From positions 13,863 to 77,862 of the forward strand of contig JBMORP010000006.1 in NCBI GenBank assembly GCA_049322655.1: a DNA stretch of 64,000 nucleotides, in the 5' to 3' direction. The notes beneath the pieces are model-generated. The model did not search any database. It was not told the DNA's origin and saw only the letters and a list, made by a program, of their open reading frames with translations. Positions within the stretch are counted from its first letter, which is position 1, and each line of letters begins with the position of its first letter. The position numbers and the translations under genes are program-made. Positions 31,538 to 41,553 of the stretch are shown piece after piece. Source of the stretch: Patescibacteria group bacterium (GTDB lineage: Bacteria; Patescibacteriota; Microgenomatia; UBA1400; PJMF01).

Positions 31538-32332
31538 ATGAAAATACATAGAATCGAAGCCCTATTTTTAAGACACCTCTACCCACTCAGACGTGATTTT
31601 GATTTGTTGTCAGATATGATTTATTGGCCATTGATTGATACGCTAATCTGGGGAATCACGGGGCAATGGCTCAGCAAAGCTGGCAATGATGCTGGAGGCG
31701 TGGGAGCGTTATTGATCTCATTATTAATGGGTTTGGTTTTATGGAATGTGATTTGGCGTGCCCAAGCAGAAATTGCTCGCAACCTGATGGATGAGATTTG
31801 GAATAATAATCTGATCAATTTATTCTCTACTCCATTGAGAATGGATGAATGGGTTATTTCTGTCTTGCTGTTGTCGATTGTTAAAACCGGTGTAACGATG
31901 CTGATGTTATTACCAGCTATTTTCTTGTTGTACTCAGTTAACGTTTTTGAGTTGGGCTGGTGGTTACCAGTCTTCTTTTTAAGCACCACGATGACTGGGT
32001 GGTGGATGGGCTTTGTTTCTGCTGGGATTGTTCTGCGTTATGGTCCCAAGTCACAAACGGTAATCTGGACTTTGCCAGGAATTTTACTGCCTTTTAGTGC
32101 TATTTATTTCCCCTTAGCTCAATTACCCAGTTGGATTCAACCGATCAGTAGAGTCATTCCAACCACGTATATTTTTGAATCAATGAGATCATTAATCAAT
32201 GGAGGTGAGGTTGACTTATCATTAATCTTTTTAAGTTTTGGCTTAAATTTTATCTTTTTAGGTTTTGCTTTTTGGCATTTTATTAAAAGCTTTAAATATA
32301 GTGTTGAGTTGGGCTTAGGCAGATTTAACTAA
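31538..32332 (+). CDS. ABC-2 type transporter permease
   Basis: About six TM segments, YFPLAQLPSWIQPIS; follows the ATPase. Confidence 0.92.
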   Translation: MKIHRIEALFLRHLYPLRRDFDLLSDMIYWPLIDTLIWGITGQWLSKAGNDAGGVGALLISLLMGLVLWNVIWRAQAEIARNLMDEIWNNNLINLFSTPLRMDEWVISVLLLSIVKTGVTMLMLLPAIFLLYSVNVFELGWWLPVFFLSTTMTGWWMGFVSAGIVLRYGPKSQTVIWTLPGILLPFSAIYFPLAQLPSWIQPISRVIPTTYIFESMRSLINGGEVDLSLIFLSFGLNFIFLGFAFWHFIKSFKYSVELGLGRFN

Positions 32333-32333
32333 G

Positions 32334-32966
32334 TTATTTTTCTATTTTTTGAATGCCAAATGTTTCTTGGATCACAAAAGTGTCATTATTTTTTTCTAGT
32401 TTGATATAAGCAGTGTTATCAATACTGCCATGTGGTAGTTCTGCGTATTCTGCCCACTCAAGGTAGATCAAAAAAGTTCTCATAGCTGCACCATGGGTGA
32501 CAATCAGATTATTCTTTTCTTTGGTTAAATCGGCTGTTTTATTAAAGAAGGTTAAAAATCTGTTAATAATTGATTGATCTGTTTCTATATCCAAGACTTG
32601 ATGTTTAAACCGTTCTTCTTTTGGTAGGTTATCTCTTGCTTCAAGTAAGTCCTTAAGTTCTTGTTGAAAATCAGCAATTTTTCTACCCTCATAACTACCT
32701 AAATACATTTCTCGTAACAATTCATCTGTTTTCACTTCCAGAATATTTCTCTCTTCGGCAATTAATTGAGCTGTCTTATGAGCTCTTTTTAGATCGGAAG
32801 CAAAAACATTATCAAATTTCACGTCTTTTAGTTTTTTACTTAATTTTTTTGCTTGCTGGATGCCATTATCATTGAGTTCGATATCAATATGACCTTGAAT
32901 AAGCTTTTGAGCATTATAGGGAGTTTCTCCATGTCTAATAATATAAAAGGTAGTTGGTTTCAGCAT
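32334..32966 (-). CDS. Histidine phosphatase (phosphoglycerate mutase family)
   Basis: RHGET, SDLKRA, LREMYLG, THG; start uncertain (32966 or 32996). Confidence 0.9.
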   Translation of the reverse strand: MLKPTTFYIIRHGETPYNAQKLIQGHIDIELNDNGIQQAKKLSKKLKDVKFDNVFASDLKRAHKTAQLIAEERNILEVKTDELLREMYLGSYEGRKIADFQQELKDLLEARDNLPKEERFKHQVLDIETDQSIINRFLTFFNKTADLTKEKNNLIVTHGAAMRTFLIYLEWAEYAELPHGSIDNTAYIKLEKNNDTFVIQETFGIQKIEK

Positions 32967-33060
32967 AGCAGGTTTTGATTCTACCATTTTTCCCATTGAT
33001 TCTTATATCTGGATATTGGTATAACAAACTCTCTGAGTAGTAACAGAAAGGAATTATTAA

Positions 33061-33534
33061 ATGTCAGACGATCAGATTAAAACGGCTGAAGATTTGGCCA
33101 AAGAGGCTTTGGCTGAAGCAGATGCAGAAGTAGAAAACTCCAACAAAGTGGCTGAGACACTAGGTACTTTGCAAAATCTAATTGAACGTCATGCTCTCAA
33201 TTTAGAAGAAATTCGCAAACAAATTAAAGAAGCCGGTGAAAGTTTACGCAGTGTTTTTGAAAATGACACAACTTTGACAAATGCTGAAGCTGAGGCTCAA
33301 GCTTTTACCAGTAAGGTAAAGGAACGGAAGAGTCAGTTGCAATCTGATCCTCAAGTTACGTCTTTAAAGATTAAGATTGGAGAACTTAAAGAGCAACAGA
33401 AAGAGTTAGAAGAAACACTTAGTAACCACTTGATTAACTATCATTCTCTAACTAATTCAAGAAGTTTTGATACTAGCGATGGTGATCAATGGGATTTTTC
33501 CATTAAAGCCAAGATTAGACCTCGTAAAAAATAA
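33061..33534 (+). CDS. Hypothetical coiled-coil protein
   Basis: SD GAAAGGA; heptad-rich helical sequence. Confidence 0.75.
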   Translation: MSDDQIKTAEDLAKEALAEADAEVENSNKVAETLGTLQNLIERHALNLEEIRKQIKEAGESLRSVFENDTTLTNAEAEAQAFTSKVKERKSQLQSDPQVTSLKIKIGELKEQQKELEETLSNHLINYHSLTNSRSFDTSDGDQWDFSIKAKIRPRKK

Positions 33535-33555
33535 TTTTTTATTTAGAGATAAGCA

Positions 33556-33598
33556 AAAACCCCTCCATAGCTTTAGCGAAGGAGGGGTTTATTTTTTT
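33556..33598. terminator. Bidirectional terminator-like hairpin between convergent genes
   Basis: AAACCCCTCC-atagctttagcgaa-GGAGGGGTTT with A/T runs on both sides. Confidence 0.7.
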
Positions 33599-33614
33599 GA
33601 TTTTCCAAAATTAT

Positions 33615-33869
33615 TTATGTTTTTCCTAATTTTTGGTTAATTCTAGCCAAAGCCTGTGGAGAAATATTTTTCATTTTCTTTAAGGAACGGGCTCTTCTTT
33701 TTAAACGATTATCAGTCGCTGTTTTTTCGGATTTGATTTTGGAAGGTTTTTTAAAGTAACGACGATCTTTAACAATTTGCACTACACCAGTAGCAGCAAC
33801 CGCCTTTTTAAACTTGCGGATTAAGTCATTGGTCGAATCACTTTTTTTGGACTTAATTACGATAGCCAT
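33615..33869 (-). CDS. rpsU: 30S ribosomal protein bS21
   Basis: LIRKFKKAV…RRYFKKPS, highly basic; SD GGAGGTG. Confidence 0.8.
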   Translation of the reverse strand: MAIVIKSKKSDSTNDLIRKFKKAVAATGVVQIVKDRRYFKKPSKIKSEKTATDNRLKRRARSLKKMKNISPQALARINQKLGKT

Positions 33870-34000
33870 CTCTCTCACCTCCCTTCCAAATTAACTACTT
33901 ATTAAGGTAAGAACCTGAATTATACACTAACTTACCAGATATTGCAGGAATTCTTTTTTTTCTTTTTCACTAACATTTTTTGTTATTATTTTTTATTAAA

Positions 34001-34477
34001 CTAAACTTTTTGATGGTTTTCTTTAATATCATTGGCTAATTTTGCCAATTCTTGATCATTAGCTCTTGCTGAGTCATTTGAAGATAAATAACCAGGATAT
34101 TGGTCAAAGTAGGTGTGAATAGTTTTACTTTCAATTGGGGCCCAGTTAGCCAGATCGCCAGTGCCGTGCATCGGATAGAGCTTACTATGAAGGTGATCTA
34201 CACCAAAGCCTTCAAAAAACATGCCACATCTAGAGACATCGGCAAAGTAACTATCCAAAATATTGGCAACTTTTTTGGTGGCTACGATTAGTTCTTGCAA
34301 AACTTCATCAGTTTGGGCAAAAGCATAACTACCATAATGTTCTTTGGGAATGACGACAGAGAAACCTTTGGTATTAGGGAAAATCGATAAGAAGGCTAAG
34401 TGTTTGTCATCCTCCCAAATTTTATGACAAGGCATTTTTTTTGCAACTATCTGACAAAAAATACAATCATCAACCAT
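34001..34477 (-). CDS. HIT family nucleotide hydrolase
   Basis: DCIFCQI, VDHLHSKLYP. Confidence 0.9.
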   Translation of the reverse strand: MVDDCIFCQIVAKKMPCHKIWEDDKHLAFLSIFPNTKGFSVVIPKEHYGSYAFAQTDEVLQELIVATKKVANILDSYFADVSRCGMFFEGFGVDHLHSKLYPMHGTGDLANWAPIESKTIHTYFDQYPGYLSSNDSARANDQELAKLANDIKENHQKV

Positions 34478-35348
34478 AAAGCTCCTTTAAAATGATTGTT
34501 AATTGATCACTATTTAGTGGACTGGGTTTTTGATTGTGATTTTTTTGTGAGCCGTTGAGCAACATTTTGCCACTGCCATGGAAAAACCAAGTGCCTTCTT
34601 TATCTAGTTCTTGAATTTTTTCATAAAGGTCATGCAAGGTGATTGCTGAATCTGGTCTGGCTTTGATTCTGATGTGGCCAAGTTTGGGGTCTTTTCTTAC
34701 CACTAAAATGTAGCCCATTTTCTGAGCGATTTTAATGGTGTCATCGTTTCTAGTATTAAGGATCAGGGCTTTACCTATGTTTAAGTTAAGCTCTTTGCCT
34801 TTTCTTTGAATGATCTCTTTGGCTTTATGATATTGAGTTAAAGTAGCATAGACATTATCTAAACATTGAAAACCAAAATGCATTTGGGAGTCATCATTAT
34901 GAGGATCAGTAAACTCATGTCCTCTAATTAATTCGTGAATCATAAATAAGTATCGTTCTGTTTCTGGCTCTGGCCACATCACCTCTTCGAAATGATCAAT
35001 TTGGTTTACCATCTCGACAATACTTTGTAAGGCTAGATCTTCTTTTTTATCAGGATAAACTTCGGTTAAGTAATCAAAAACTAGTGAAGCAGCACAGACT
35101 CTTTGGGTGGCTCTCGCTGGTTGGTGATGGTCAAACTCACCAAAGCCAGTATCAACGTAAGTAATTTCATGAAGTTGGCAACCTAGTTTTTCTGCTTCTT
35201 CCAATGAAATTTTTTCACCAGGACTAACAAAACCAATGTGAGCCTCTGCAAATTTTTGAGCGTGAAATCTTTTTAACAGCCAAGTAGCAGTAATTGCATC
35301 TAAATCAGGAGCATGGTGAGTAACAATTAGTGGTCTGGAATTGGACAT
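34470..35348 (-). CDS. MYG1/DHH-like metal-dependent hydrolase
   Basis: VTHHAPDLDAI, DTGFGEFDHHQ, CAASLV; ATG at 35348 follows TATAAT. Confidence 0.65.
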   Translation of the reverse strand: MSNSRPLIVTHHAPDLDAITATWLLKRFHAQKFAEAHIGFVSPGEKISLEEAEKLGCQLHEITYVDTGFGEFDHHQPARATQRVCAASLVFDYLTEVYPDKKEDLALQSIVEMVNQIDHFEEVMWPEPETERYLFMIHELIRGHEFTDPHNDDSQMHFGFQCLDNVYATLTQYHKAKEIIQRKGKELNLNIGKALILNTRNDDTIKIAQKMGYILVVRKDPKLGHIRIKARPDSAITLHDLYEKIQELDKEGTWFFHGSGKMLLNGSQKNHNQKPSPLNSDQLTIILKELYG

Positions 35349-35394
35349 AGTAACTTCATTATACAGATCTAGTGCAAGCAAGTAAGTCAGAAAT

Positions 35395-35442
35395 AAAAAA
35401 ACTCCCCACCGCAAAAATTTTTTAAAGATTTTTGCCGTGGGG
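35395..35442 (-). terminator. Terminator-like hairpin on the minus strand
   Basis: CCCCAC-GCAAAAAT…ATTTTTGC-GTGGGG stem followed by a T run on the minus strand. Confidence 0.65.
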
Positions 35443-35600
35443 TCCTCACCGGGATGTATTCAGTAATATATTAAATGATCTATAAAAATCATATAGACAA
35501 AAAGGATTGATCTATCTTCCTATAATTTCTTCTAATCTGTAACAACATTTTCATTATAGGTTAGTATATTCCAGCAATATTTGCATCAAAAAGTATCAAA

Positions 35601-35933
35601 CTATTTTTTAGCAAAAACTTGAATAACTGTTTTTAAGGTCCACCATAAGATTTTAAATGGTAAAGTAAGCAGCAACCAAATTATAGATTGTTGATCTTCT
35701 TCACCTCTCACCCAAGTAGAAATAATTAGGAATTTATTATTTTCAATCGGGGTGGCTACTACGTGGATCTTTCGACCATTAATAATTCTAATGAACTTAA
35801 AATTATCTTGGTTGTGATAAGTCTTATCTGGTAAAGAAACTACTTGATAAATAAGGTCTTTACTAAGTGATCGATCTTTTGCTCTTGTCCAAGCATGTTT
35901 AGTGAAGACTAGGTTTTTATAAGTTTCACTCAT
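35601..35933 (-). CDS. DUF4258-like protein with C-terminal hydrophobic helix
   Basis: FTKHAWTRAKDRSLS…IHVVA…IISTWVR pattern. Confidence 0.7.
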   Translation of the reverse strand: MSETYKNLVFTKHAWTRAKDRSLSKDLIYQVVSLPDKTYHNQDNFKFIRIINGRKIHVVATPIENNKFLIISTWVRGEEDQQSIIWLLLTLPFKILWWTLKTVIQVFAKK

Positions 35934-35951
35934 TATGTTTTATTAGCTAGC

Positions 35952-37184
35952 TTAAAGTTGTGATAATCTCATCAAAACTGTATCGTAGTCTAGCAATTCT
36001 GTGTTGGTTTCTTTTCTACTTTTCCATTCAATCTTATCACCATTTCTCTCGGAGAGAACTAGTCTAACAGGAATACCCATCAGATCTGCTGCTGCAAATT
36101 TACTGCCTGGAGACTCAGGTCGGTCATCCCAAATAACCTCAACTTTATGCTCTTTGAGATCACGATAAAGTTGTTGGGCTTTTTCTTCTGTTCCTTTTAA
36201 CGAGGTAATAATTACTTCGTAAGGAGCAATTGATAATGGCCAGATAATGCCTTTTTCATCTGATGATTTTTCTACGATTACTCCCATGGTCCTAGTTGTT
36301 CCCCAACCATAACAGCCCATAATAGGATATTTGTTTTGGCCTTCAATATCAGCATAGGTAAGTTCGAAATCTTTGGTATATTTTTGACCAAGGTCAAAGA
36401 CATTGCCTACTTCTGAAGCTTTGGCTGCTTGGAGTTCAGCCTGACCACATTTGGGGCATTTATCACCAGCTTGTTGTTGGGCTATTTCACTATTCACACA
36501 AAATTCACAATTTGGACAATAGTAGATATCATCTTCTCCAGCATTAGTGAGGACCATAAATTCATAAGAAACTTTGTCAGTGAAGTTGCCACCTGAAGCT
36601 TCGGTAACTTTGGCGACTAAATCAACTTTACGGTAAGCTTTGATATAAGCCTCTTTGACTTGTTGGTAAAATTGGTCAAAATCTGCTTGAGTTTCATGAA
36701 AACTATACATGTCTTTCATCTCAAACTCTCTGCCACGCAAGATTCCTGATTTAGCTCTCAATTCATCTCTAAATTTCCAGTGAATTTGATAGAGTGCCAA
36801 AGGTAAATCTTTATAACTATTGATCATGTCTTTGGCCAACGGGGTAACGATTTCTTCATGACTCTGACCAAGGGCATATTCTTTACCAGTTCTACTTTGG
36901 AGATGAAATAAGACATCAATGTTATCCCAGCCACCAGTTGTTAGCCAGTTTTTTTTGGGATGGAGTGATGGCATCAAGATTTCTTGGCCACCAATGGCAT
37001 CCATTTCTTGGCGAATAATATTACGAATTTTATTGAGAACTTTTAATCCCATCGGAGTATAGCTATAGACTCCAGCCATTAATTGACGAACAAAACCAGC
37101 TTGAACCAAGAGTTTGTGATTAATAGTATCAGCATTAGCTGGAGGGTTTTTTAAAGGCTTGAAAGCCATTTTGGACATTTTCAT
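35952..37184 (-). CDS. proS: Prolyl-tRNA synthetase (short form, no editing insertion)
   Basis: KFRDELRAKSGILRGREFEMKDMYSFH, EVGNVFDLGQKY, MGCYG. Confidence 0.96.
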   Translation of the reverse strand: MKMSKMAFKPLKNPPANADTINHKLLVQAGFVRQLMAGVYSYTPMGLKVLNKIRNIIRQEMDAIGGQEILMPSLHPKKNWLTTGGWDNIDVLFHLQSRTGKEYALGQSHEEIVTPLAKDMINSYKDLPLALYQIHWKFRDELRAKSGILRGREFEMKDMYSFHETQADFDQFYQQVKEAYIKAYRKVDLVAKVTEASGGNFTDKVSYEFMVLTNAGEDDIYYCPNCEFCVNSEIAQQQAGDKCPKCGQAELQAAKASEVGNVFDLGQKYTKDFELTYADIEGQNKYPIMGCYGWGTTRTMGVIVEKSSDEKGIIWPLSIAPYEVIITSLKGTEEKAQQLYRDLKEHKVEVIWDDRPESPGSKFAAADLMGIPVRLVLSERNGDKIEWKSRKETNTELLDYDTVLMRLSQL

Positions 37185-37213
37185 ATAGCCTTATTGTATA
37201 CGAAACCAGGCTA

Positions 37214-39040
37214 TTATCCAGCCAATTTTTTATTATCTTCCAAGTTTCTAAGTCTTAAACTTTGAGGAGTTACCTCTAGAACTTCATTTTTACCAATTAA
37301 GGTGAGAAATTGTTCTAAAGATGGTTTCCAGGCTGGTGCTAAAACTACGGTGGCATCAGCGGAGGAAGCTCTCATGTTAGTTAATTTTTTGCCTTTAACC
37401 ACATTCATCACCATGTTTTCTGAACGTTTATTAAAACCAACTACTTGGCCAGCATAAACTTTATCACCTGGGTTTACTAACATTTTGCCTCGTTGTTGAG
37501 CTTTTTCTAAAGAATAAGCAGTCACGGTTCCAGTTTCATGAGCAATCATCGCTCCACCACGATAAACCGGAGCCCTTTCAGATAGGGGTCGATATTCTAA
37601 AAAAGTATTGTGAATTATTCCTTCACCAGAAGTATTGGTGAGCAACTCGCTCCTATAACCGATTAAGTTAGCAGTGGAGATTTCATACTCAAATCTTACA
37701 CCGGTTTTAGTTTGGTGCATATTTTTCATTTGCCCTTTTCTTTGAGCCATATTGGTAGTAATGGTACCGGTGTAACTTTCAGAAACATCAATTGTGACAT
37801 ATTCCCAAGGTTCTAGAGTTTGGCCATGTTCTTCTTTCAAAACCACTTGAGGTCTTGACAAGGCAAATTCATAACCTTCTCGACGCATAGTTTCGATCAA
37901 AATAGCTAAATGTAGTTCTCCTCGACCGACAATAATGACATTCTCACCAGTTGTGCCTGGTAAAACTCTCAAACCAACATTAGTTTCAAGTTCTTTTTTG
38001 AGTCTAGCTTGAAGTTGTCTAGATGTAGAAAACTCGGCTTCTTGTCCGGCGAAAGGAGAAGTGTTAACCAATAGCTGCATCTTAACAGTTGGTTCAGTAA
38101 TACTCATTTGAGGCAAAGCTTCTGGTCGGTGAGTATCAGCAATAGTGTCACCAATACCAGGTTCAGGCATACCAGCGATAGCTACAATTTCTCCAGCACT
38201 AGCTTCTTCAACTTCTTTTCTTTCCAAACCAAAGTGATTGAATAGATAAACTATTGAAGCAGCTTCGATCTTGCCATTAGTCCTGAGTAATTTAACTGGT
38301 TGGTTTCTTTTGACCGTACCACGAAAAATACGACCAATCGCGATTCTTCCTTTGTGTTGATCCCAATCTAATGAGTTAACTTGAATCTGTAATGGTTGAG
38401 AAGCATCATCCTGAGGAGCTGGAATTTTCTCGATAATTGTTTCGAACAATGGAGTTAAATCTGAACTGTCAGTAATTTGGAGAGAATAATCTGAGTTTTC
38501 TTTGACTTTTTTACCAACAATACCTTCAATACCTCTGCCATAAAGCAAAGGATAATCTAGTTGTGAGTCTTGAGTAGCTAGCTCTAAAAATAAATCTTCA
38601 ATTTCTTGTTCTACTTCATAAATACGTTGATCTTTACGGTCAACTTTATTAATTAAAACGATTGGAGCTAAGCCAAGTTCTAAAGCTAGTTTAAGAACAA
38701 ATCTAGTTTGAGATAAAACTCCTTCAGCTGCATCAACCAACAAAATACAACCATCAGCCATGTTGAGCACTCGCTCTACCTCTCCAGAAAAATCAGCATG
38801 GCCAGGAGTATCAAGAATATTGATTTTATACTCTTGCCAAAAAACTGCTGTGTTTTTAGCTAAAATAGTAACCCCTTTTTCTCTTTCCAAATCATTAGAA
38901 TCAAGAATTGTGGTAGCTTGGTTTTCCTTTTGGTGGACGGCAAAAGTTTTTGTTTGTTTGAGCATAGCATCCACTAAGGTAGTTTTACCGTGGTCCACGT
39001 GAGCGATAATCGCAATATTGCGTAATTGTTTTTGTAACAT
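37214..39040 (-). CDS. typA: Translational GTPase TypA/BipA
   Basis: RNIAIIAHVDHGKTTLVD, GRGELHLAILIETMRREG, KKLTNMRAS. Confidence 0.97.
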   Translation of the reverse strand: MLQKQLRNIAIIAHVDHGKTTLVDAMLKQTKTFAVHQKENQATTILDSNDLEREKGVTILAKNTAVFWQEYKINILDTPGHADFSGEVERVLNMADGCILLVDAAEGVLSQTRFVLKLALELGLAPIVLINKVDRKDQRIYEVEQEIEDLFLELATQDSQLDYPLLYGRGIEGIVGKKVKENSDYSLQITDSSDLTPLFETIIEKIPAPQDDASQPLQIQVNSLDWDQHKGRIAIGRIFRGTVKRNQPVKLLRTNGKIEAASIVYLFNHFGLERKEVEEASAGEIVAIAGMPEPGIGDTIADTHRPEALPQMSITEPTVKMQLLVNTSPFAGQEAEFSTSRQLQARLKKELETNVGLRVLPGTTGENVIIVGRGELHLAILIETMRREGYEFALSRPQVVLKEEHGQTLEPWEYVTIDVSESYTGTITTNMAQRKGQMKNMHQTKTGVRFEYEISTANLIGYRSELLTNTSGEGIIHNTFLEYRPLSERAPVYRGGAMIAHETGTVTAYSLEKAQQRGKMLVNPGDKVYAGQVVGFNKRSENMVMNVVKGKKLTNMRASSADATVVLAPAWKPSLEQFLTLIGKNEVLEVTPQSLRLRNLEDNKKLAG

Positions 39041-39076
39041 ATTTTCCTATTTCAAGAGAAAAGAGGGATTATAGTC

Positions 39077-39967
39077 TTATCCTTGTAAATTATCTACTAG
39101 GATTTTTGAAATATCGATTACAGTAATTTTTTGGTATTGTTCTGGTCTTTCAATTGAGTTAGTGATTGTGACACTATCAACCATTGAGTCTTCTAACTCT
39201 GTTAAAGCTTTACCGGTAAAAACGCCGTGAGTGGCCAAAAAGTGGATCTCTTTAGCTCCATTTTCTTTGAGTAGTTTGGCGACTTCAACCACTGTTTGTC
39301 CTGATAAAATAGCGTCATCAAAGATAAAGACAGTTTTGTCTTTAACTTCACCATCTAGTTTAGTTGTTGTGACTTGACCAGTTTTTAGGTCTCTTCTTTT
39401 TTCGACACTGGCCATGTCCAGATGAAGCTGATTAGCAAATAACCTAGCCCTTTTGATGCCGCCAAAATCCGGGCTGACAACAATCGCTTTGCTCAAGTCA
39501 AAGTGTTCTTCAATGTGTTTAACAAATTCATCCATTGCAGAAATATGATAGGTAGGTACAGAGAAGAAGCCAGGAATACTAATATTATGGAGGTCTAAAA
39601 GGTAAACCTTTTTAATACAAGTACTTTCAATTATCTTGGCAATGACTTTGGCAGATAATGGTTCTCCAGGTAAAAAGACTTTATCTTGAAAAGAGTAGCC
39701 AAACCAAGGAATGAACAAACTAATTTCTTTTGCTCCTAATCTTTCTAACGCATCTGTGATTAAAGCTGTTTCAATGATTCTCTCATCTACTGGTTTATAA
39801 AAAGATTGAACCAATAAGACTTCTTCGTTTTTAACCTCATTAGCTACTCTAATTTTTTTTTCACCGTTAGCAAAATTATTAATTTCGCAATTAACTAGAG
39901 TGACATTCAATTGTAGGGCAATGTTTTGGGCTAATTTGAGGCTAGCAGAACCAGCAATGACTTTCAT
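39077..39967 (-). CDS. prs: Ribose-phosphate pyrophosphokinase
   Basis: FANGE, LDLH, VSPDFGGIKRA, DDAILSGQT, ATHG. Confidence 0.93.
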   Translation of the reverse strand: MKVIAGSASLKLAQNIALQLNVTLVNCEINNFANGEKKIRVANEVKNEEVLLVQSFYKPVDERIIETALITDALERLGAKEISLFIPWFGYSFQDKVFLPGEPLSAKVIAKIIESTCIKKVYLLDLHNISIPGFFSVPTYHISAMDEFVKHIEEHFDLSKAIVVSPDFGGIKRARLFANQLHLDMASVEKRRDLKTGQVTTTKLDGEVKDKTVFIFDDAILSGQTVVEVAKLLKENGAKEIHFLATHGVFTGKALTELEDSMVDSVTITNSIERPEQYQKITVIDISKILVDNLQG

Positions 39968-39998
39968 CAATGCTTATTTTAAAACTAAATTAGTAAAA

Positions 39999-40937
39999 TT
40001 AATAGGCTTCGAGAGTTATCTCACCAAGCAAGACTTGTTCTATTAGCTTGGGTAAGTCACTCTCATCTTGCCAGCCTGGAACATAATCTTTGTTTCTATC
40101 CAGTTTTAAAGCTTGTTGAAAGATGACGCCAAACATTTGCAAGACATACCAGTAAACACTATCAGTATCGGTTTCTTCAGTAGCTTGTTTTTGTGTTTCT
40201 CGATACTCTTTTTTTAGAACCTTTAATCTATTTTCTAAAGCAATATTATTCAATAAGTCCCCTAGTCTAAGAACTTTAGTGAAGATTTTATTGTAGTTTA
40301 TGTCTTCTTTGCCTTGATAGGCTTCAGCTATAAGGCTCTCAATCAATTCATTTTCCAAATTAAAATTATTTTTTCCTCCATTTTTAAACATTCTGGTATG
40401 GTATTTAGCGACTAACATTTTAATGATCATAAAAAGATCAAGCTCTAAAGCTTTAGCTAAATGATTAACCCATTCACTGTACCAAGCTGATTTTTCAGCA
40501 TCAGTGATTTGTAAGTGCAGAAGATTATAAAAGAGATCAACAACTTCAGAAAAAACCACTGCTTCTGTAACATCTGGGTTTTTACCTTCCATGTAAACAG
40601 AGGCTACGCCAACTAATTCATGAAGTTCTGGCGCTTTCCAGTGATCTTCTTGGGCTTTGGTGCGAACTCTATTACCGGCAAAATCAGTGGTACAACCAAG
40701 ATCAGAAAACTGTAGCCCGCCAATGGTAAAAATAATTTTTGTTTCTGGTCTAACACCGGCTCCGCCACGATATTTTTCACATTCTTGTTGGTATAAAACT
40801 TCACGCGCGTAGTAGGTTGCTTCTTCAGGATTTTTATCTAACCAGATCAATAACTCTCCAATGCTCATTTGGCCAAAAAACTCAAGATCATTTTGACCCT
40901 TTTTCCATTCGATTGGTAAAGAAAGTTGTTCAGTCAT
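39999..40937 (-). CDS. Hypothetical protein with possible MazG-like all-alpha NTP pyrophosphatase core
   Basis: ELHEL…SEVVDLFYNLL…KYHTR pattern; function is inference. Confidence 0.5.
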   Translation of the reverse strand: MTEQLSLPIEWKKGQNDLEFFGQMSIGELLIWLDKNPEEATYYAREVLYQQECEKYRGGAGVRPETKIIFTIGGLQFSDLGCTTDFAGNRVRTKAQEDHWKAPELHELVGVASVYMEGKNPDVTEAVVFSEVVDLFYNLLHLQITDAEKSAWYSEWVNHLAKALELDLFMIIKMLVAKYHTRMFKNGGKNNFNLENELIESLIAEAYQGKEDINYNKIFTKVLRLGDLLNNIALENRLKVLKKEYRETQKQATEETDTDSVYWYVLQMFGVIFQQALKLDRNKDYVPGWQDESDLPKLIEQVLLGEITLEAY

Positions 40938-40982
40938 AAAAAGTGAATTGTACCAGATCAAATTATTTTTTTAAATCTTGAT

Positions 40983-41453
40983 TCAAGTTGGGTTTTTTGC
41001 TTGTTGAAACCTATTAATAGCTAAATTAGTAGCTATTGTTGCTATAGCTACCCCTAAAATGTCCATACTGGTATCACCAATTAACTCATTATTGCCTGGA
41101 AATGATTCAATTAAGGCATTCAGCGTGAGAATCGAGCTAAGGCTTAAAGTGTAGCCAAGTTTAGTAATTTTTTTAGCTATTTCGGAGTGAAATACTTGGT
41201 CGAATAGGTTTTTGGCAAAAACAGTGGTAATAGCTAGAGAAGCAGAGATACCAAAATTTCCCAGATGATTGGTGATTGAGCCGATTAAGTTTTCTAAAGC
41301 TTGTCTTCTTTCTAGATCAGCAAGTCCAGCATGAGGGTGAGAATAAAGGTCAAGTAAAGTAATCGCCACGGTTAAAATTACCAAGGGAACAGTAATATCA
41401 AGTGATTTCTTTTGTTTTTCTTTTGCTAGTAACAGTGTTTTTTCTTTTTCCAC
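40983..41453 (-). CDS. Hypothetical multi-pass membrane protein
   Basis: Three to four hydrophobic segments; TATAAT just upstream of GTG. Confidence 0.7.
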   Translation of the reverse strand: MEKEKTLLLAKEKQKKSLDITVPLVILTVAITLLDLYSHPHAGLADLERRQALENLIGSITNHLGNFGISASLAITTVFAKNLFDQVFHSEIAKKITKLGYTLSLSSILTLNALIESFPGNNELIGDTSMDILGVAIATIATNLAINRFQQAKNPT

Positions 41454-41553
41454 AAGAAATGAATTATAACTGAAGATTGTTCTGTTTGATGTTAATCTGG
41501 GTTGAAATTTGTTATAGTAATATTAATTACTAAATTTGAATTAAGGAACGTTT

